The notes below the pieces were generated by a model. That model was not told the origin of the DNA. It saw nothing but the letters and a program-made list of their open reading frames with translations, and did not search any database. From assembly GCA_951406725.2 (NCBI GenBank), contig OX597817.1, forward strand, positions 45,446,001 to 45,510,000: a stretch of 64,000 nucleotides of DNA, read 5' to 3'. Source of the DNA: Octopus vulgaris. Taxonomy: Eukaryota. A program made the translations under genes and the position numbers. Positions 1-12,998 of this stretch are shown one piece after another; within the stretch, counting starts at the first letter, position 1, and each line of letters begins with the position of its first letter.

Positions 1-118
<118 letters not shown>

Positions 119-128
119 CCTTAATAAT

Positions 129-535
129 GACCTTAACCAGTTGAGCATGTCCCTTAGTGGCTGACGATATGTGCATCTCTGATCACGAGCAGAAGTAGTG
201 GGGGAGCATCATAGCCATGTGTTGAGAGGGTTTCTTTGGGGTTTGAATAATTCACATCTGGAGACAGGGGTGGGTTTTTCAACATCCTTAAACAACCCTT
301 ATTCAGGGACCGTTTGAGCGGGATTGGCTACTCAACCTGAAGAAAATTCTAACTGGGCCCCACCTGCAAGGTCATGTGCAGTTTATCATGATATAAGATC
401 ACCATGCCGCGCACATATGGTTGTGATGCATGTGCCTGGTGTGCCCTTATCAGACGGGTAGTCATGATGGGTATATTGGGCCTCGTTTATTTTACACCAG
501 TGTCACTTTGATGGCATGCTCTGCTCGCTCACTCA
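129..535. mobile_element. Unclassified, relatively GC-rich insert bounded by (AAT)n arrays; probable interspersed repeat
   Basis: About 400 bp, more GC-rich than the background, sharply bounded by AAT arrays on both sides. No ORF and no second copy in the window. Confidence 0.4.
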
Positions 536-555
536 ATAATAATAATAATAATAAT

Positions 556-732
556 GATCTCTTCTACAACAGGCACAAGGCTTGGAATTTTGGGTGAGCG
601 GTTGAGTCGATTACATCGATGCCAGTGATCAACTGGTACTTATTTTACCGGCGTCGAAGTGGTGAAGACAGACAAAATACTGCTAAGCATTTTGTCCTGG
701 CTTGCTAACGATGCAGGCAGCTCACCGCCTTA
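556..732 (-). mobile_element. SINE family A (tRNA-derived, Meta/MESC-like core), internally deleted, tail type A2
   Basis: Matches the head and the aagtaccagt..actgg core of the other copies; tail reads aaaattccaagccttgtgcc on the minus strand. Confidence 0.75.
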
Positions 733-733
733 G

Positions 734-795
<62 letters not shown>

Positions 796-796
<1 letters not shown>

Positions 797-1176
797 GAAG
801 CACTCCGTTGGTCACGACGATGAGGGTTCCGGTTGACCGATCAACGGAACAGCCTGCTCGTGAAATTAACGTGTAAGTGGTTGAGCACTCCACAGACTCG
901 TGTACCCTTTACGTAGTTCTCGGGGATATTCAGCGTGACACAGAGAGTGACAAGGCCGGCCCTTTGAAATACAGGTACAACAGAAACAGGAAGTAAGAGT
1001 GAGAGAAAGTTGTGGTGAAAGAGTACAGCAGGGATCACCACCATCCCTGCCGGAGCCTCGTGGAGCTTTAGGTGTTTTCGCTCAATAAACACTCACAACG
1101 CCCGGTGTGGGAATCGAAACCGCGATCCTACGACCGTGAGTCCGCTGCCCTAACCACTGGGCCATTGCGCCTCCAC
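796..1176 (-). mobile_element. tRNA-derived SINE, group C (head H1 + body M1 + tail T1)
   Basis: Minus strand has A box tggcccagtggttagg and B box ggtttcgattcc; body shared with 12435-12738, tail shared with 3771-4088; embedded in (AAT)n. Confidence 0.9.
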
Positions 1177-1207
1177 TAATAATAATTATAATAATAATAA
1201 TAATAAT

Positions 1208-1790
1208 AAGGTACTGGAACCTATTTGAAAATGATACCTATTTCTTTATTACCCACAAGGGGTTAAACATAGAGGGGACAGACAAGGACAGACAAAGGGA
1301 TTAAGTCGATTATATCGACCCCAGTGCATAACTGGTACTTAATTTATCGACCCCGAAAGGATGAAAGGCAAAGTCGACCTTGGCGGAATTTGAACTCAGA
1401 ACGTAACAGCAGACGAAATACCGCTAAGCATTTCGCCCGGCGTGCTAACGTTTCTGCCAGCTCACCGCCTTACTGCAGACGAAATACCGCTAAGCATTTC
1501 GCCCGGCGTGCCAACGTTCCTGCCAGCTCATGCTTACCAGTCCTACAGGAAGTGCCAAAAGTCCTGTTAACTAGAACGACTCATATACTGAGGAGAGCAT
1601 TATCGCTGTGAAAACAACATCCATTCATGAATTTATTTATTTATTGAGTTTTTAAAATACATATTCTACCTGTGAATTTGCGTGTGTAATCTGGGAATGC
1701 ATATAATGAGCTTCTCTGCCCTAGGTGTACGGAAAGCACTCGGCGAGAAATGGAAGAAAATTTGAAGAAAGATGGAAAAAAATATAAGAA
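1208..1790 (+). mobile_element. 3' end of an R4/Dong-type (RLE) non-LTR retrotransposon, split by a SINE
   Basis: GTGTYLKMIP (1210-1239) joins across the SINE to PVLQEVPKVLLTRTTHILRRALSL* (stop at 1611), resembling the RLE C-terminus QKxxLLGTAHILRxxL; starts in an (AAT)n array. Confidence 0.7.
1238..1536 (-). mobile_element. SINE family A, full length, with a duplicated head (1473-1536)
   Basis: Near-identical to 15733-15965, including gtcgactttgcctttcatcctttcggggtcgataaattaagtaccag. Confidence 0.95.
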
Positions 1791-2488
1791 TTGTCATTAC
1801 AATATGTTTCAGAAGACGGTGATTAGGTGCATGAGTTATTAAAGATGTGTAAAATGGAATAAAATATAGAAAGACCACCAGTCAAAATTATATTATTTGC
1901 ATTGCTGTGCTTAGAGGGTGTTGAAATCCTTAACAGGGCTATCCCGATACCATAACAGTATGTGCTGACATTATTAATTGAATATGCGTCGATTACTCTG
2001 TATGCCAACCTTTTACAGAAAGCACTTTCGCCAGGATGATATACACTGTGTGGATTGTTGTTGTATGATTCTGTAAATAGTCAATTTAAAGACTTTACCA
2101 AATGGCTTAACTGTGTATTCATTGCAAAATAACTTGTAATAAATATGCATGTTAATGTAGTGTTGGTTTAGACATTTCATTATAACGTAAATGGTAGGTG
2201 CCATAGAGAATCATTAATAAGGCACAAGGTTATTTTGAAGGAAGTTGTCCAATCGGGAGTTGATGAACACTTTTTTACCAACTAAAAAATGTGTCTAAAA
2301 TTTCAGTTATAAGCTTCATTGCCACCAGTAGAATCTACCTCAAAGCAATACCCCATGGTATTCCTTAAGGGAGATACCTCTTTTTCAAGTATTACATTTT
2401 CATCCTGGTTATTGCCTTTTGCCGGAACAAAGTTCGAATTCCTAATCCCGTGAATGAAATGTTTGACACTCTGTTCTTTGAATCACCA

Positions 2489-2883
2489 TACTCTACTCTT
2501 TACTATTTTACTTGTTTCAGTCATATGACTGTGGCCATGCTGGAGCACTGCCTTTAGTCTAGAAAATTGACCCCAGGACTTATTCTTTGTAAGCCTAGTA
2601 CTTATTCTATCGGTGTTTTTTGCCGAACCGCTAAGTTACGGGGACATAAAAATACCAGCATCGGTGTCAAGCGATGTTGGGGTGACACAGACACACAAAC
2701 ATACACACACACACACACATATATATAAACATATACATGGACGGGCTTCTTTCAGTTTCCGTCTACCAAATCCACTCACAAGGCTTTGTTCGACCTGAGC
2801 CCAAGGTGCCACGCCGTGGGACTGAACCCGGAACCATGTGGTTGGTAAACAAGCTACTTACAACACAGCCACTCCTACACCTA
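2489..2883 (-). mobile_element. SINE family B (tRNA-like head, CORE-like ccttgggc motif, internal CA/TA microsatellite)
   Basis: Colinear with 50085-50503 and 38584-38995. Confidence 0.93.
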
Positions 2884-3770
2884 TATATTTATTGAGAGAA
2901 AGATAGAAAGTGAGAGACAGATAGCGAGGAAGAGAGAAAGAGAGAAAGAGAGAGAGGGGGGAGAGAGTGCACTTAATGATATGTTTCATCTATAAATGTT
3001 CTCTAAAGGAAACAATCAATCGTATAATGCGCAGGAATAGGTAAACGCTGGAGAGTTTATTGAGAAGGAAAATCAAAATTGGTGTTTTCCTGTTTTTCTT
3101 GCGTAATTAAGCCAAAGCAGTTAACCAGTTCATGCTGGAATCAAAACCTATTTCGTCACGGGAATCATCGAAATACGTATTAATGTACAGAATTTTTATT
3201 TACGTCGTGCATATTTATTTGATACAATTCAAATAAATATAATAATTTACCGATCAATAAATATAAATGGTCTTTTATCCTTAGTTCAGGATGATCTAAA
3301 TAAAATGACACTCCAATCGGTTTTATTCAAATTAAGTTTTAAGTGGAAATATTACAGTAGGGGATATATGTGTATGCTTTGGATATATATGATGTTTCTG
3401 CGTGTGTCTTACTTTTACACGAATAATTGTACCGGTTCTTGCAAGAGACTTCGCATACAGTCCGTGCCAATGCTCCCTAGATCACAAACGCACCAGTTAA
3501 CACATCAATGAGTGATGTGAAACACGGGCTTTAGATTGAGTGAATTCAATAAGCTGTCAAAGAATGAAATGCACGCACTTGAAATCTGCGGTGATTTTTG
3601 GTGTTGGTAGTAGAAATATGTTGTTAAAGTAGTAATAAGACTTGAGGTGTTTCTGAAAAGGGACTTGTGTGAATCCCTTATAAGGAATTGTCACAAAATT
3701 TACCGCAATAATGTAAACGACAGAAGGCAAATAGAGTATGTTATTTTATACGTCACTATGTTGCTTTATA

Positions 3771-4088
3771 CGCGTGGCTTAGTGGTTAGGGCATTTGGCT
3801 CACGATTGTAAGGTCGTGAGTTCGATTACCGGCGACGCGTTATGTCCTTGAGAAAGACACTTTATGTCACGTTGCTCCAGTCCACTCAGCTGGCAAAAAT
3901 AAGTTGTACCTGTTATTCAAAGGGCCGGCCTTGCCACACTCTGTGTCACGCTGAATTTCCCTGAGAACTACGTTAGGGGTACACATGTATGTGGAGTGCT
4001 CAGCCACTTGCACGTTAATTTCACGAGCAAGCTGTTCCGTTGATCGTATCAACTGAGACCCTTGTCGTCGTTACCACCGGAGTGCTCC
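3771..4088 (+). mobile_element. tRNA-derived SINE, group C (head H2 + body M2 + tail T1)
   Basis: A box tggcttagtggttagg, B box gagttcgatt; colinear with 24406-24696; 3' half shared with 796-981. Confidence 0.9.
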
Positions 4089-5189
4089 ATGCCACATTAG
4101 GCCACTCAGTCACTTTGTATATATTTGTTGGTGGAAAATACGTGTAGGATACAAAAATATTGAAAACAACTGTTACTAGTAATGTCATAAGAGCTCTTTT
4201 TTTTAGAATGATATGTCACATTAATTACAAATTGCTATCTCAAAGGAATTTAAATGTTATTAGTAACATATAGAGCACGACACCTATAGCCGGGATTTGT
4301 AATAATTGTTTTTTTAGATCCTTTACACACATACACACACGCATGTGTACATACATTCATACACACACACAAACACATAAATATGTCTATCAGAATGTAT
4401 ATATGAATGCATTTATGATCTCCGTGTTGACTAATGGGAATATAATTTAAAAGTCCTCTAGCATCTGTTCAAATCTTTGTATAATTAAATTAATTCTTCG
4501 AAATTTGATCTTGTCCTTTAATAGGCAATTTCCTCCATTATAAGCAACCTATACTAGAGGAAGTGATAAAATTTTATACTTTATAATTACGTTAGCTGTA
4601 GTGTTAATTCTTACCAGTTGTCCCTTTGATAAGAAATATGGTGATGCATTTACTAATATTTTCTACTTGTTACTCTCATTGTGGTATCAAATTTACTTGC
4701 TGTTAATTGGAATCACACACGCTTTCCATTATTATGCAAGATGCAGAGAAAAGAAGTAATATTCGTTACAAGGTACAATGTGAAACCGTTGTGATTGGTA
4801 ACCAACGGTTAGAGAGTGAACATTATTCATAAAATACCTAGTTTTATATTTATTGCAAAATAGCTCTATATCCAAAATATTATCTCAAATTTCAAAGAAT
4901 ATTCTCAAAATACAACCAGAACAAATAAATCGTACAAATGTTTTCAGTTGACTGAAGATTGGGATACCCCGATATCAATGAATTACTATATACCTATATA
5001 GGTATTGAATAAAATAATGACTAATATAATGATTCTTGCGATCGCAAGGAAGATCATAAAGACCCCTGATATCTAATGATTTGTTGCTCTTTTCTTGATC
5101 CATCATCCACCTATCTGGATTCAGGAGAATTGCAGTTATATTTGCGCCTATGTTGTTTTCGAAAGCGCTGTGTCATTTCTATTAAACCC

Positions 5190-5443
5190 GATCACTCGAT
5201 GGAGAAGGGATCAGGCCGTCACCGAGCGGTGGCCTATTATCTGGTGCGAAACGCGCGGTCCATGTCGAGCGCTTTTGCGGGCGCCGACGCCGCCGATGCG
5301 TGACCCTTAGTCGAGAACAATGTCGGTCGGAGAGTTTCACTGGGTCGGTATGTCTGTCAAACGGTAACGCAGGTGTCCCAAGGTGGGCTCAGTGTGGACT
5401 GAAACCACACGTCGTGCAAAAGGGCAAAAACTCGCTCGATCTC
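5190..5443 (+). pseudogene. Degenerate 28S (LSU) rRNA fragment, 3' half of the molecule, with a GC-rich expansion segment
   Basis: gagtttcactgggtcggtatgtctgtcaaacggtaacgcaggtgtcccaagg...aagggcaaaaactcgctcgatct resembles the conserved eukaryotic LSU sequence GGGAGTTTGACTGGGGCGGTACACCTGTCAAACGGTAACGCAGGTGTCCTAAGG...AAGGGCAAAAGCTCGCTTGATCT; isolated and mismatched. Confidence 0.9.
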
Positions 5444-5949
5444 AATAAAGAAGGAAAGGGAGCGAGTCTCAAACATGCTGTTAACATTGGCCTGATACAT
5501 CCAACTGGCATTCCAGCCACCACACCAACCGAAAGTCCGTGTATTTATATACTCTATACTTACGACGAATGTGGTTGCGAATCTTTGTGAAAAGTATCTG
5601 TAGGTTTGTTGAGCGTGGGCACGTCCGTTTGGGTCTCCTAACGTCATTCCAATTTTTCCAGTAGTTTGCTGGTTCGCATGAAAAACTGAATGTGTGGAAG
5701 CCATATTTGATTGTTTTATTTTTATTGCAAAACATATATTCTCCAACAAATTGCATGTGGTGCGTATAATAAATAGACCAGACTCTTGCAAATCTGCTCC
5801 GCTTCATAATAAAATGAAATTATTTTATATGCGTCTTGGAAATGAAAATAAACACACACTTAACGAGCCCCTTCAACTTCGTTTGTCTACGGTATTCAAC
5901 AGCATCACCAACACCAACAACAACCATAATAATATTTGTAATAATATTT

Positions 5950-6330
5950 AATTCTTTCTAATATAGGTACAAGGCCTGAAATTTCGGGGTAAGGAGTAAG
6001 TCGATTACCTATCTGGAAAGGATAACATGTAAAGTCGACTTCGAAGAAATTTGAACTTAGAACGTGGCGGCGGGCGTAATACAGCTAATCATTTTGCCCG
6101 GCGTGCTAACGATTGTGCTAGCTCGCAAATTAGTAATAGCAATCCGTTCTACTATAGGTAAAAGGCCTGAAATTCTAGGAGGAGAGGCGTAGTCAATTAC
6201 ATCGACCCGAATGTTTCACTGGTGAATAATTTATCAACCTCTAAAGAATGAAAGGCAGAGTCGACCTTGGCAGAATTTGAACTCCAAACGTGAAGACAAA
6301 CGAAATGCTCGGCGTGCTAACGATTCTGCC
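5950..6330 (-). mobile_element. Two tandem degenerate SINE family A copies (tail A2): about 5950-6127 and 6142-6330
   Basis: Both carry cggcgtgctaacgatt heads and aaggcctgaaatt tails. Confidence 0.85.
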
Positions 6331-6342
6331 ATTGAACTTCCA

Positions 6343-6420
6343 ACTTGTTGTCTCTTGAGGTCTCTGGGTGAGACTTGGAGAGCCAGCTTGTACAAATGTA
6401 AAGCAAAAGTCAAACATAAA
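6343..6420 (+). mobile_element. Probable 3'-tail-only RLE (Dong-like) LINE insertion
   Basis: tgtctcttgaggtctctgggtgagacttggag followed by an A-rich run into (AAT)n; similar layout to the 3' UTRs at 1710-1750 and 26095-26140. Confidence 0.4.
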
Positions 6421-6564
6421 ATAATAATAAGGATAATAATAATGATAATGATAATAATAATACTAAAGATAATAATAATAATGATGATGATGATGATGAT
6501 GATGACGATGATGATGATGCTAATAATAATAATGATAATGATAATAATAATAAAAATAAAAATC

Positions 6565-6607
<43 letters not shown>
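6421..6607. repeat. (AAT)n/(GAT)n compound microsatellite
   Basis: Directly visible. Confidence 0.97.
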
Positions 6608-6610
<3 letters not shown>

Positions 6611-7374
6611 TAACAGTCTCCGTATAAGAACAGAGAAGGAAGAAGAGAAAAGAATGAAATGAGAAATGAATAAGAGGAGGGAAGTGGGAGGCAGTGAACA
6701 CACTAGAGAAGAAATAACTTGATAAGAAAGCAAATGAAATGAATGTAAATGCTAAAGCCTTTAAGTCATAACCGACGTGAAAAAGTAAAAGAAATACAAT
6801 GGTGTAGAGAACATGTTTCTCTTTTAGATTTTCTCCCCGGTATTGTTCTCTTTAAGACGACATTTTCTCTCATTAGTTTGCCTTCTAGATTAGTTGATTG
6901 TTAATAACGTATAAAATTATGCATTGTGTTAACACGGCGAACAATTGCCGTGGAATAAATAATGTCTACTGAGGTTTCATATTTGATAATATTCATTAAT
7001 TCAATTACGTGTGAAGTTTGTACAAGGAATGGTAATGAGAAATCTCATAAGTCAAATTATCGAATCTCAGGCTACTAATAATGTTGAAAGACATTTTCAT
7101 TGATAAACAATATATTCACGTTTTGGTTCAGTATAGCGTGATTTAAACTTTTTTCCGTTGATTCACTCTGTAGGAGTAAACAGCAAGATCTTGGCATTGA
7201 CGTCTTATAAAATAATCGTATATTGACGACTTCGATATTGACTAATGCTCACCACTGATTCATCAGATGAGATACTTGTATTTTAACTGAATATACATGT
7301 AAATTATAAGAATAACCTACTGTAAACACAAAAGCACGGGGATTATGAATATAATAGCATATTATAATGGTATA

Positions 7375-7789
7375 GGTGGTGGGTGGTTAGGTAGTGGGCA
7401 GCGATTTTCTTCATTACTTCAGGGAGTGATGACCCCTGCGTGACACGATCCCGGGCTCAGATGGCTCCGGCTGACAGTACCTGGTATGGGCCCCTATCCA
7501 GGGTTACGGAAAGGAGACAACCTTCAAAGAAATCCGGAGTGGAGCCCCGTAGGCGGTTTAAAGTTCGACTCGACACTCTTCCAGCAACTCCTGCAACCAA
7601 GCTAGAGCCAAACGTAATGCTCTGCACTCCTTTGGACTACGTCAGCAAGGTCGAAAGAAGAATCCTGATGATTGGGCTACCCATGATTTTCTTAAATCTA
7701 GCCCAGGCTTGAGCAAAACTGGAGAGGACATGAAATGTAAAAGCCAGACTGGATTAGTTTATGCACAACTCCATTGTCTCCCAACAATA
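7375..7789 (+). mobile_element. Non-autonomous bipartite RTE-derived retroelement (5' UTR-like region fused to 3' UTR)
   Basis: Flanked by a 14-bp TSD with one mismatch (attataatggtata 7361-7374 / attatgatggtata 7790-7803). 7725-7782 matches the RTE 3' UTR at 43133-43189. The 5' part has RTE 5'UTR-like motifs (aaatccggagtggagcccc, gcaactcctgcaaccaagct). Confidence 0.85.
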
Positions 7790-8988
7790 ATTATGATGGT
7801 ATAATAACATATGATAAAATAATAGTGGGATAAAATTGACCTGCTGATAGGAAAAGAGAATAAAATCTCTCTGATATTCAGTAGTACAGGGGCAGATATA
7901 TGGCCCATGATATTCGAACTAAAATCATTTATGATATCTAGAATATTTATAAATAGTACGTGTGATTTTTGGTGTGGGGGCTGCTTTTTATTTGTAGCTG
8001 GTTGTACGGACGAGTAAATATTTTTAAGTTGCATTCGAACGTATAACGTCTTTGTATTGGAAGAATTAAAAGGAGACACATGAAAGGCAGAATATCCTAT
8101 TAACCTGTGAATACAATGTAATTGGGTTATGATAAGAGAATTCAGGTGAAATTTACTTTAATCACAATTGTTCTTCAGAAAATAATTTATGCGTGGGAAT
8201 AAATGAATTTTGAGTAGGTAGGTGCAGCCTTTATAAATTCTAAATTTTTAATTGCAGATAATTCAATGTTTAGAAGTTATTGCAAATCAATAGGGATGTT
8301 AACTGCTGTTGTAAGATGATTTATGGGATGGGCATCAACCATGAAGAATTACATGTAGACAAAGCGAGCATTTCGTCGTAATAAAAGGAGTGACAATCCT
8401 GACTAATGGAAATAAATGATGTATATAAAGACTACAATATAACTTATGAATTGAAAATGCAGATTATGAGATATTTTCAATATTACTTAAAGTTCCCGAC
8501 TGCGTAATTTGGTCACTCTCTTTTATTAGTGACGGCGCACAATGGAATGAACTTTACTAATGCATATATATATATATAGGACAGGATTAAGAAAATATCT
8601 CTGACGTGTAGAAAGTGAATTACGTTATGATTAGATTAGTATACACCTTTTGAAATTACAGTCCGAATGATATAGAATTTTAAACTGTAATACAAACACA
8701 AACATTAATTGTATGATGCGCATATGAACGATTTATATTTGAGATAATTCAAGTACAAAAGGCATCATACACAGTATACTGGTCAAATAATCATAACACA
8801 TGCACTTTATAACACATTAGTTAAAATATACGGTACTGTAGTGGTCCTACTTCTACTTCTACACAGTATGCTGGTCAATTAAACGTTTCACACTTAAATT
8901 AGTTCCAGGGAATTGCAACGTCAGATTGTATGACAGCCAACCACTCACGCATATATACAGCTAAAAACGATACATACACACGCACATG

Positions 8989-9028
<40 letters not shown>

Positions 9029-9070
9029 TACACACACGTGCGCGCAGAGGAAAATAAAGATATAAACACA

Positions 9071-9235
9071 TATCACCGTGATCACCGTGACCGACCAGAC
9101 TATAAGATGTTGCTACACATCGCTGGCCACAATGCGCTTCGCATTACTTTAGCCTCCAAATGACGTCACCCCACTGGCTAAGCGAGCAGGCCAAGAGAAG
9201 AAAGAGTGGGAGAAAGCTGTGGCGAAAGAGTGCAG
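9071..9235 (-). mobile_element. SINE group C fragment (partial body M1 + tail T3)
   Basis: gaaagagtgggagaaagctgtggcgaaagagt matches the M1 body at 990-1025; tail matches 51420-51534. Confidence 0.8.
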
Positions 9236-9882
9236 AGAGTGAGAGAGAGAGAGAGCGGGCGGGGAGAGAGAGAATGGATGTGTGAAAATGAGTGTGTGTG
9301 TGTTTTTGTGCGTAAGTCTACATGAATTGTTTGCGTTTGATTCTCACTACTCGACAACGAGAAATAATCATTTGTTGACTTTGTATCTTGGTTGTTCTGC
9401 AGATTTCAACGATACGCTAAGTATAAAATTACAAAAGAAGTAGCAGAGTCAATCTGATTGAGTAGACTGTTCAATGCACAGCATATTTGTCGACCTATAA
9501 TTAAAATATTTAAAAGTGTAATGCATGTACGCACGCTAACACATACACACACACACACGTACACACAGATACACGCACATAGAAAAATACACACATATAT
9601 ATATATATATATAGGAGAATTTTTTTAGGGCTTTGAAAATGCACCTGAATCTCAAAACGTGTAGTCGTTTATAAATTTTGTAATAAATACAAAATTCAAA
9701 TACCAAAGCCATTGACATTTCTGTCAACATTTGAACATTTGATCGTTTAAATATGTTTTCCAAATATAACTTCGTAACTCTAAACACTCCTAAACCATTT
9801 GTTTATTTATTTATGTTTACCTTAGGTAATCAAAACAATTGTCGAAACTGGTTTGCTATTTGAATAAATCTAAAGCAAAATA

Positions 9883-10115
9883 TGGCGGCTAACTGGCAGA
9901 ATCCTTAGTACGCCGAGCGAAATGCTTAGCGGTATTTCGTCTGCCGCTACGTTCTGAGTTCAAATTCCACCGAGGTCGACTTTGCTTTTCATATTTTCGG
10001 GGTCGATAAATAAAGTACCAGTTACGCACTGGCGGCGATATAATCGATTTAATCCGTTTGTCTGTCCTTGCTTGTCCCCTCTGTGTTTAACCCCTCGTGG
10101 TTGGTGAAGAAATAG
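9883..10115 (+). mobile_element. SINE family A, full length
   Basis: Colinear with 15733-15965. Confidence 0.95.
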
Positions 10116-10437
10116 AAAACTAAAACAAAATCCAAAAACGACAACATGTTTTGAGATTCCAGTGGATTTTCAAATCCCAAAACAAATTGTCCTATTTTTT
10201 TTCCTGAATGGGAATACACTCCTTCTCTCTCCAGACACATACACACACACACACACACATACAGACACACACACACACACACACGCATACACATATGTTT
10301 GTACTTGTGAGTTTTGTATTGATGCGCATATATCCACTGCATGTAACTATATATTTCAAAGTGTATTTGAAACATTTCAAAGGTGGGTTTGTAATAATAT
10401 AGGTGTTACCTTTAAGCATGGATGCAGAAGCTGTAAT

Positions 10438-10505
<68 letters not shown>

Positions 10506-11042
10506 CTATACACAACAAATAAAGCGATTGCATAATAAAAAATAAAAATAAAATATCTAAAAAATTTCCTAATTCAAAAGTACTGTAATTCTTCCACTGG
10601 TGTACCAATATAATCAGAAAATGAATATCGCCAAAAGATTTTGCGACAGTCACACGAGATATGTAGTCCAAGATTATACAAATGAAAAATAGTAAAAGAG
10701 AATGAAAAATCAGTTGAATAAAACATAGAACATTCGACACAATGCCTGTATAATTGAGCATGAAAGCGGATAATATCGTTTGTATTGTATATTTATTGTC
10801 AAGAGAGAACTTATATGTAATCAGTAGATACAATTTTTCGACTGTTCAACTTTCTTCAGACAGAATATGCCAAAACAGTCATAAAAATATTTCATAAATA
10901 TATTTGAAGGAGAGAGATGTACCAATAATATAAACATTTATGTTCATACACAGAGAACTCTATGTGTACAGATATATATTCATCCGTGTAGAACAGATTC
11001 AGATACAAATTTTCGCTGGAGGTGATGTATATATATATATAT

Positions 11043-11860
<818 letters not shown>

Positions 11861-12434
11861 ATTGTTTGTGGGCTTGTCTGCAGTGTGTAAATTTCAGCGT
11901 CTGATGACGTAAGATGCCCATATTGACGTCCTGCTTCAGTTATTTTCCTGTGGTTATCCCTTCTTCTTTTAAAAAGTCCCTCTCTCTCTTTCTTCCTCTC
12001 TCTCTGTTTTTCTCTCTTTCTTTCTTTCTGTATCTCTCTCTCTCTCTCACACACACACTCACCACACACATACACAGTGCTTTTAAATCTACTACTTTTA
12101 ACGCATTTCGTAAAAGCGCCAGACAGATTTACTTATATAACCGATTCTTATCACCTAGCTGGATGTTATATTGCTACCAGTGCGTTGGCAATGCTGTGTT
12201 TGAAAGTCATACAGCATTATAGAAAATACTACTGAAGTTAATCTTTAGATTTTAACCGCAAGAGAAGCATCAGATACAGATAAGAATTATGGTTTTATAT
12301 AAACATATATTCAAAGTTAATAATGATACGATGTTAGCATCTGTCTATTACGTAGGTTCATCTAAAATGTGTATAACTAAAATCTGTAGTCTCTTGTTCA
12401 TTGTAGCAATGAAAATATGTGTTATTTATTTATA

Positions 12435-12738
12435 TATGCGCCTTTTTCAAGCCTAGCCAGGTTCATGAGCCCGGCTTCCCGATTTCTGTGGCGTATGTGT
12501 TCTCCCCAGCTGGACGGGACGCCAGTCCATTGCAGCATTACTCAAGAAACAGGAAAAGAGTGTGAGAGAAAGTTGTGGCGAAAGAGTACAACAGGGGTAA
12601 CCTACCCCTGCCGGGGTCTCGTGGAGCTTTTAGGTGTGTTCGCTCAATAAAAACACGTAACGCCCGATCTTGAAATCGAAACCGCAATCCTCCGACCGCG
12701 AGTCCGATGCCCTAACTACTGAGCTATTTGGCCTCCAC
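12435..12738 (-). mobile_element. tRNA-derived SINE, group C (head H1 + body M1 + V-domain-like tail T2)
   Basis: Head and body match 981-1176; tail gcaatggactggcgtcccgtccagctgggg...cagaaatcggg resembles the V-SINE domain. Confidence 0.85.
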
Positions 12739-12998
12739 GACAATATATGTACTAATGCACAAAAGGTATATCAATGGGATTAGCTTGTCGAAATCATTTA
12801 GTTATACCAATCGATCCATTCGTTTTACTTAAGCTTTGGGTTTTGTAAAATTTATCACACTGAAAAGTGAAGCGGCGTACATTATAGAAATACCAGCACA
12901 GGATTGAACGCACTCTGCCTGCTCCGTTTCTTTCTGTCCACGAATAATTTGTATATAACGCCTAAGTGTAGATAAACTGGGTTTGCAGAAATCTATTC

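Noticed and set aside
1324-1611. Recurrent peptide RPRKDERQSRPRRNLNSER in several ORFs (1324, 19902, 43492, 44917, 45194)
   Set aside because: Antisense translation of SINE family A
3771-3832. tRNA genes at SINE heads (also 1110-1176, 24406, 15669-15730)
   Set aside because: A and B boxes are present, but no clean cloverleaf, and each continues into a repeat body
11897-11935. CTGATGA motif (similar hits at 7666, 24243 and 50648 minus)
   Set aside because: No properly spaced stem II plus GAAA and cleavage triplet
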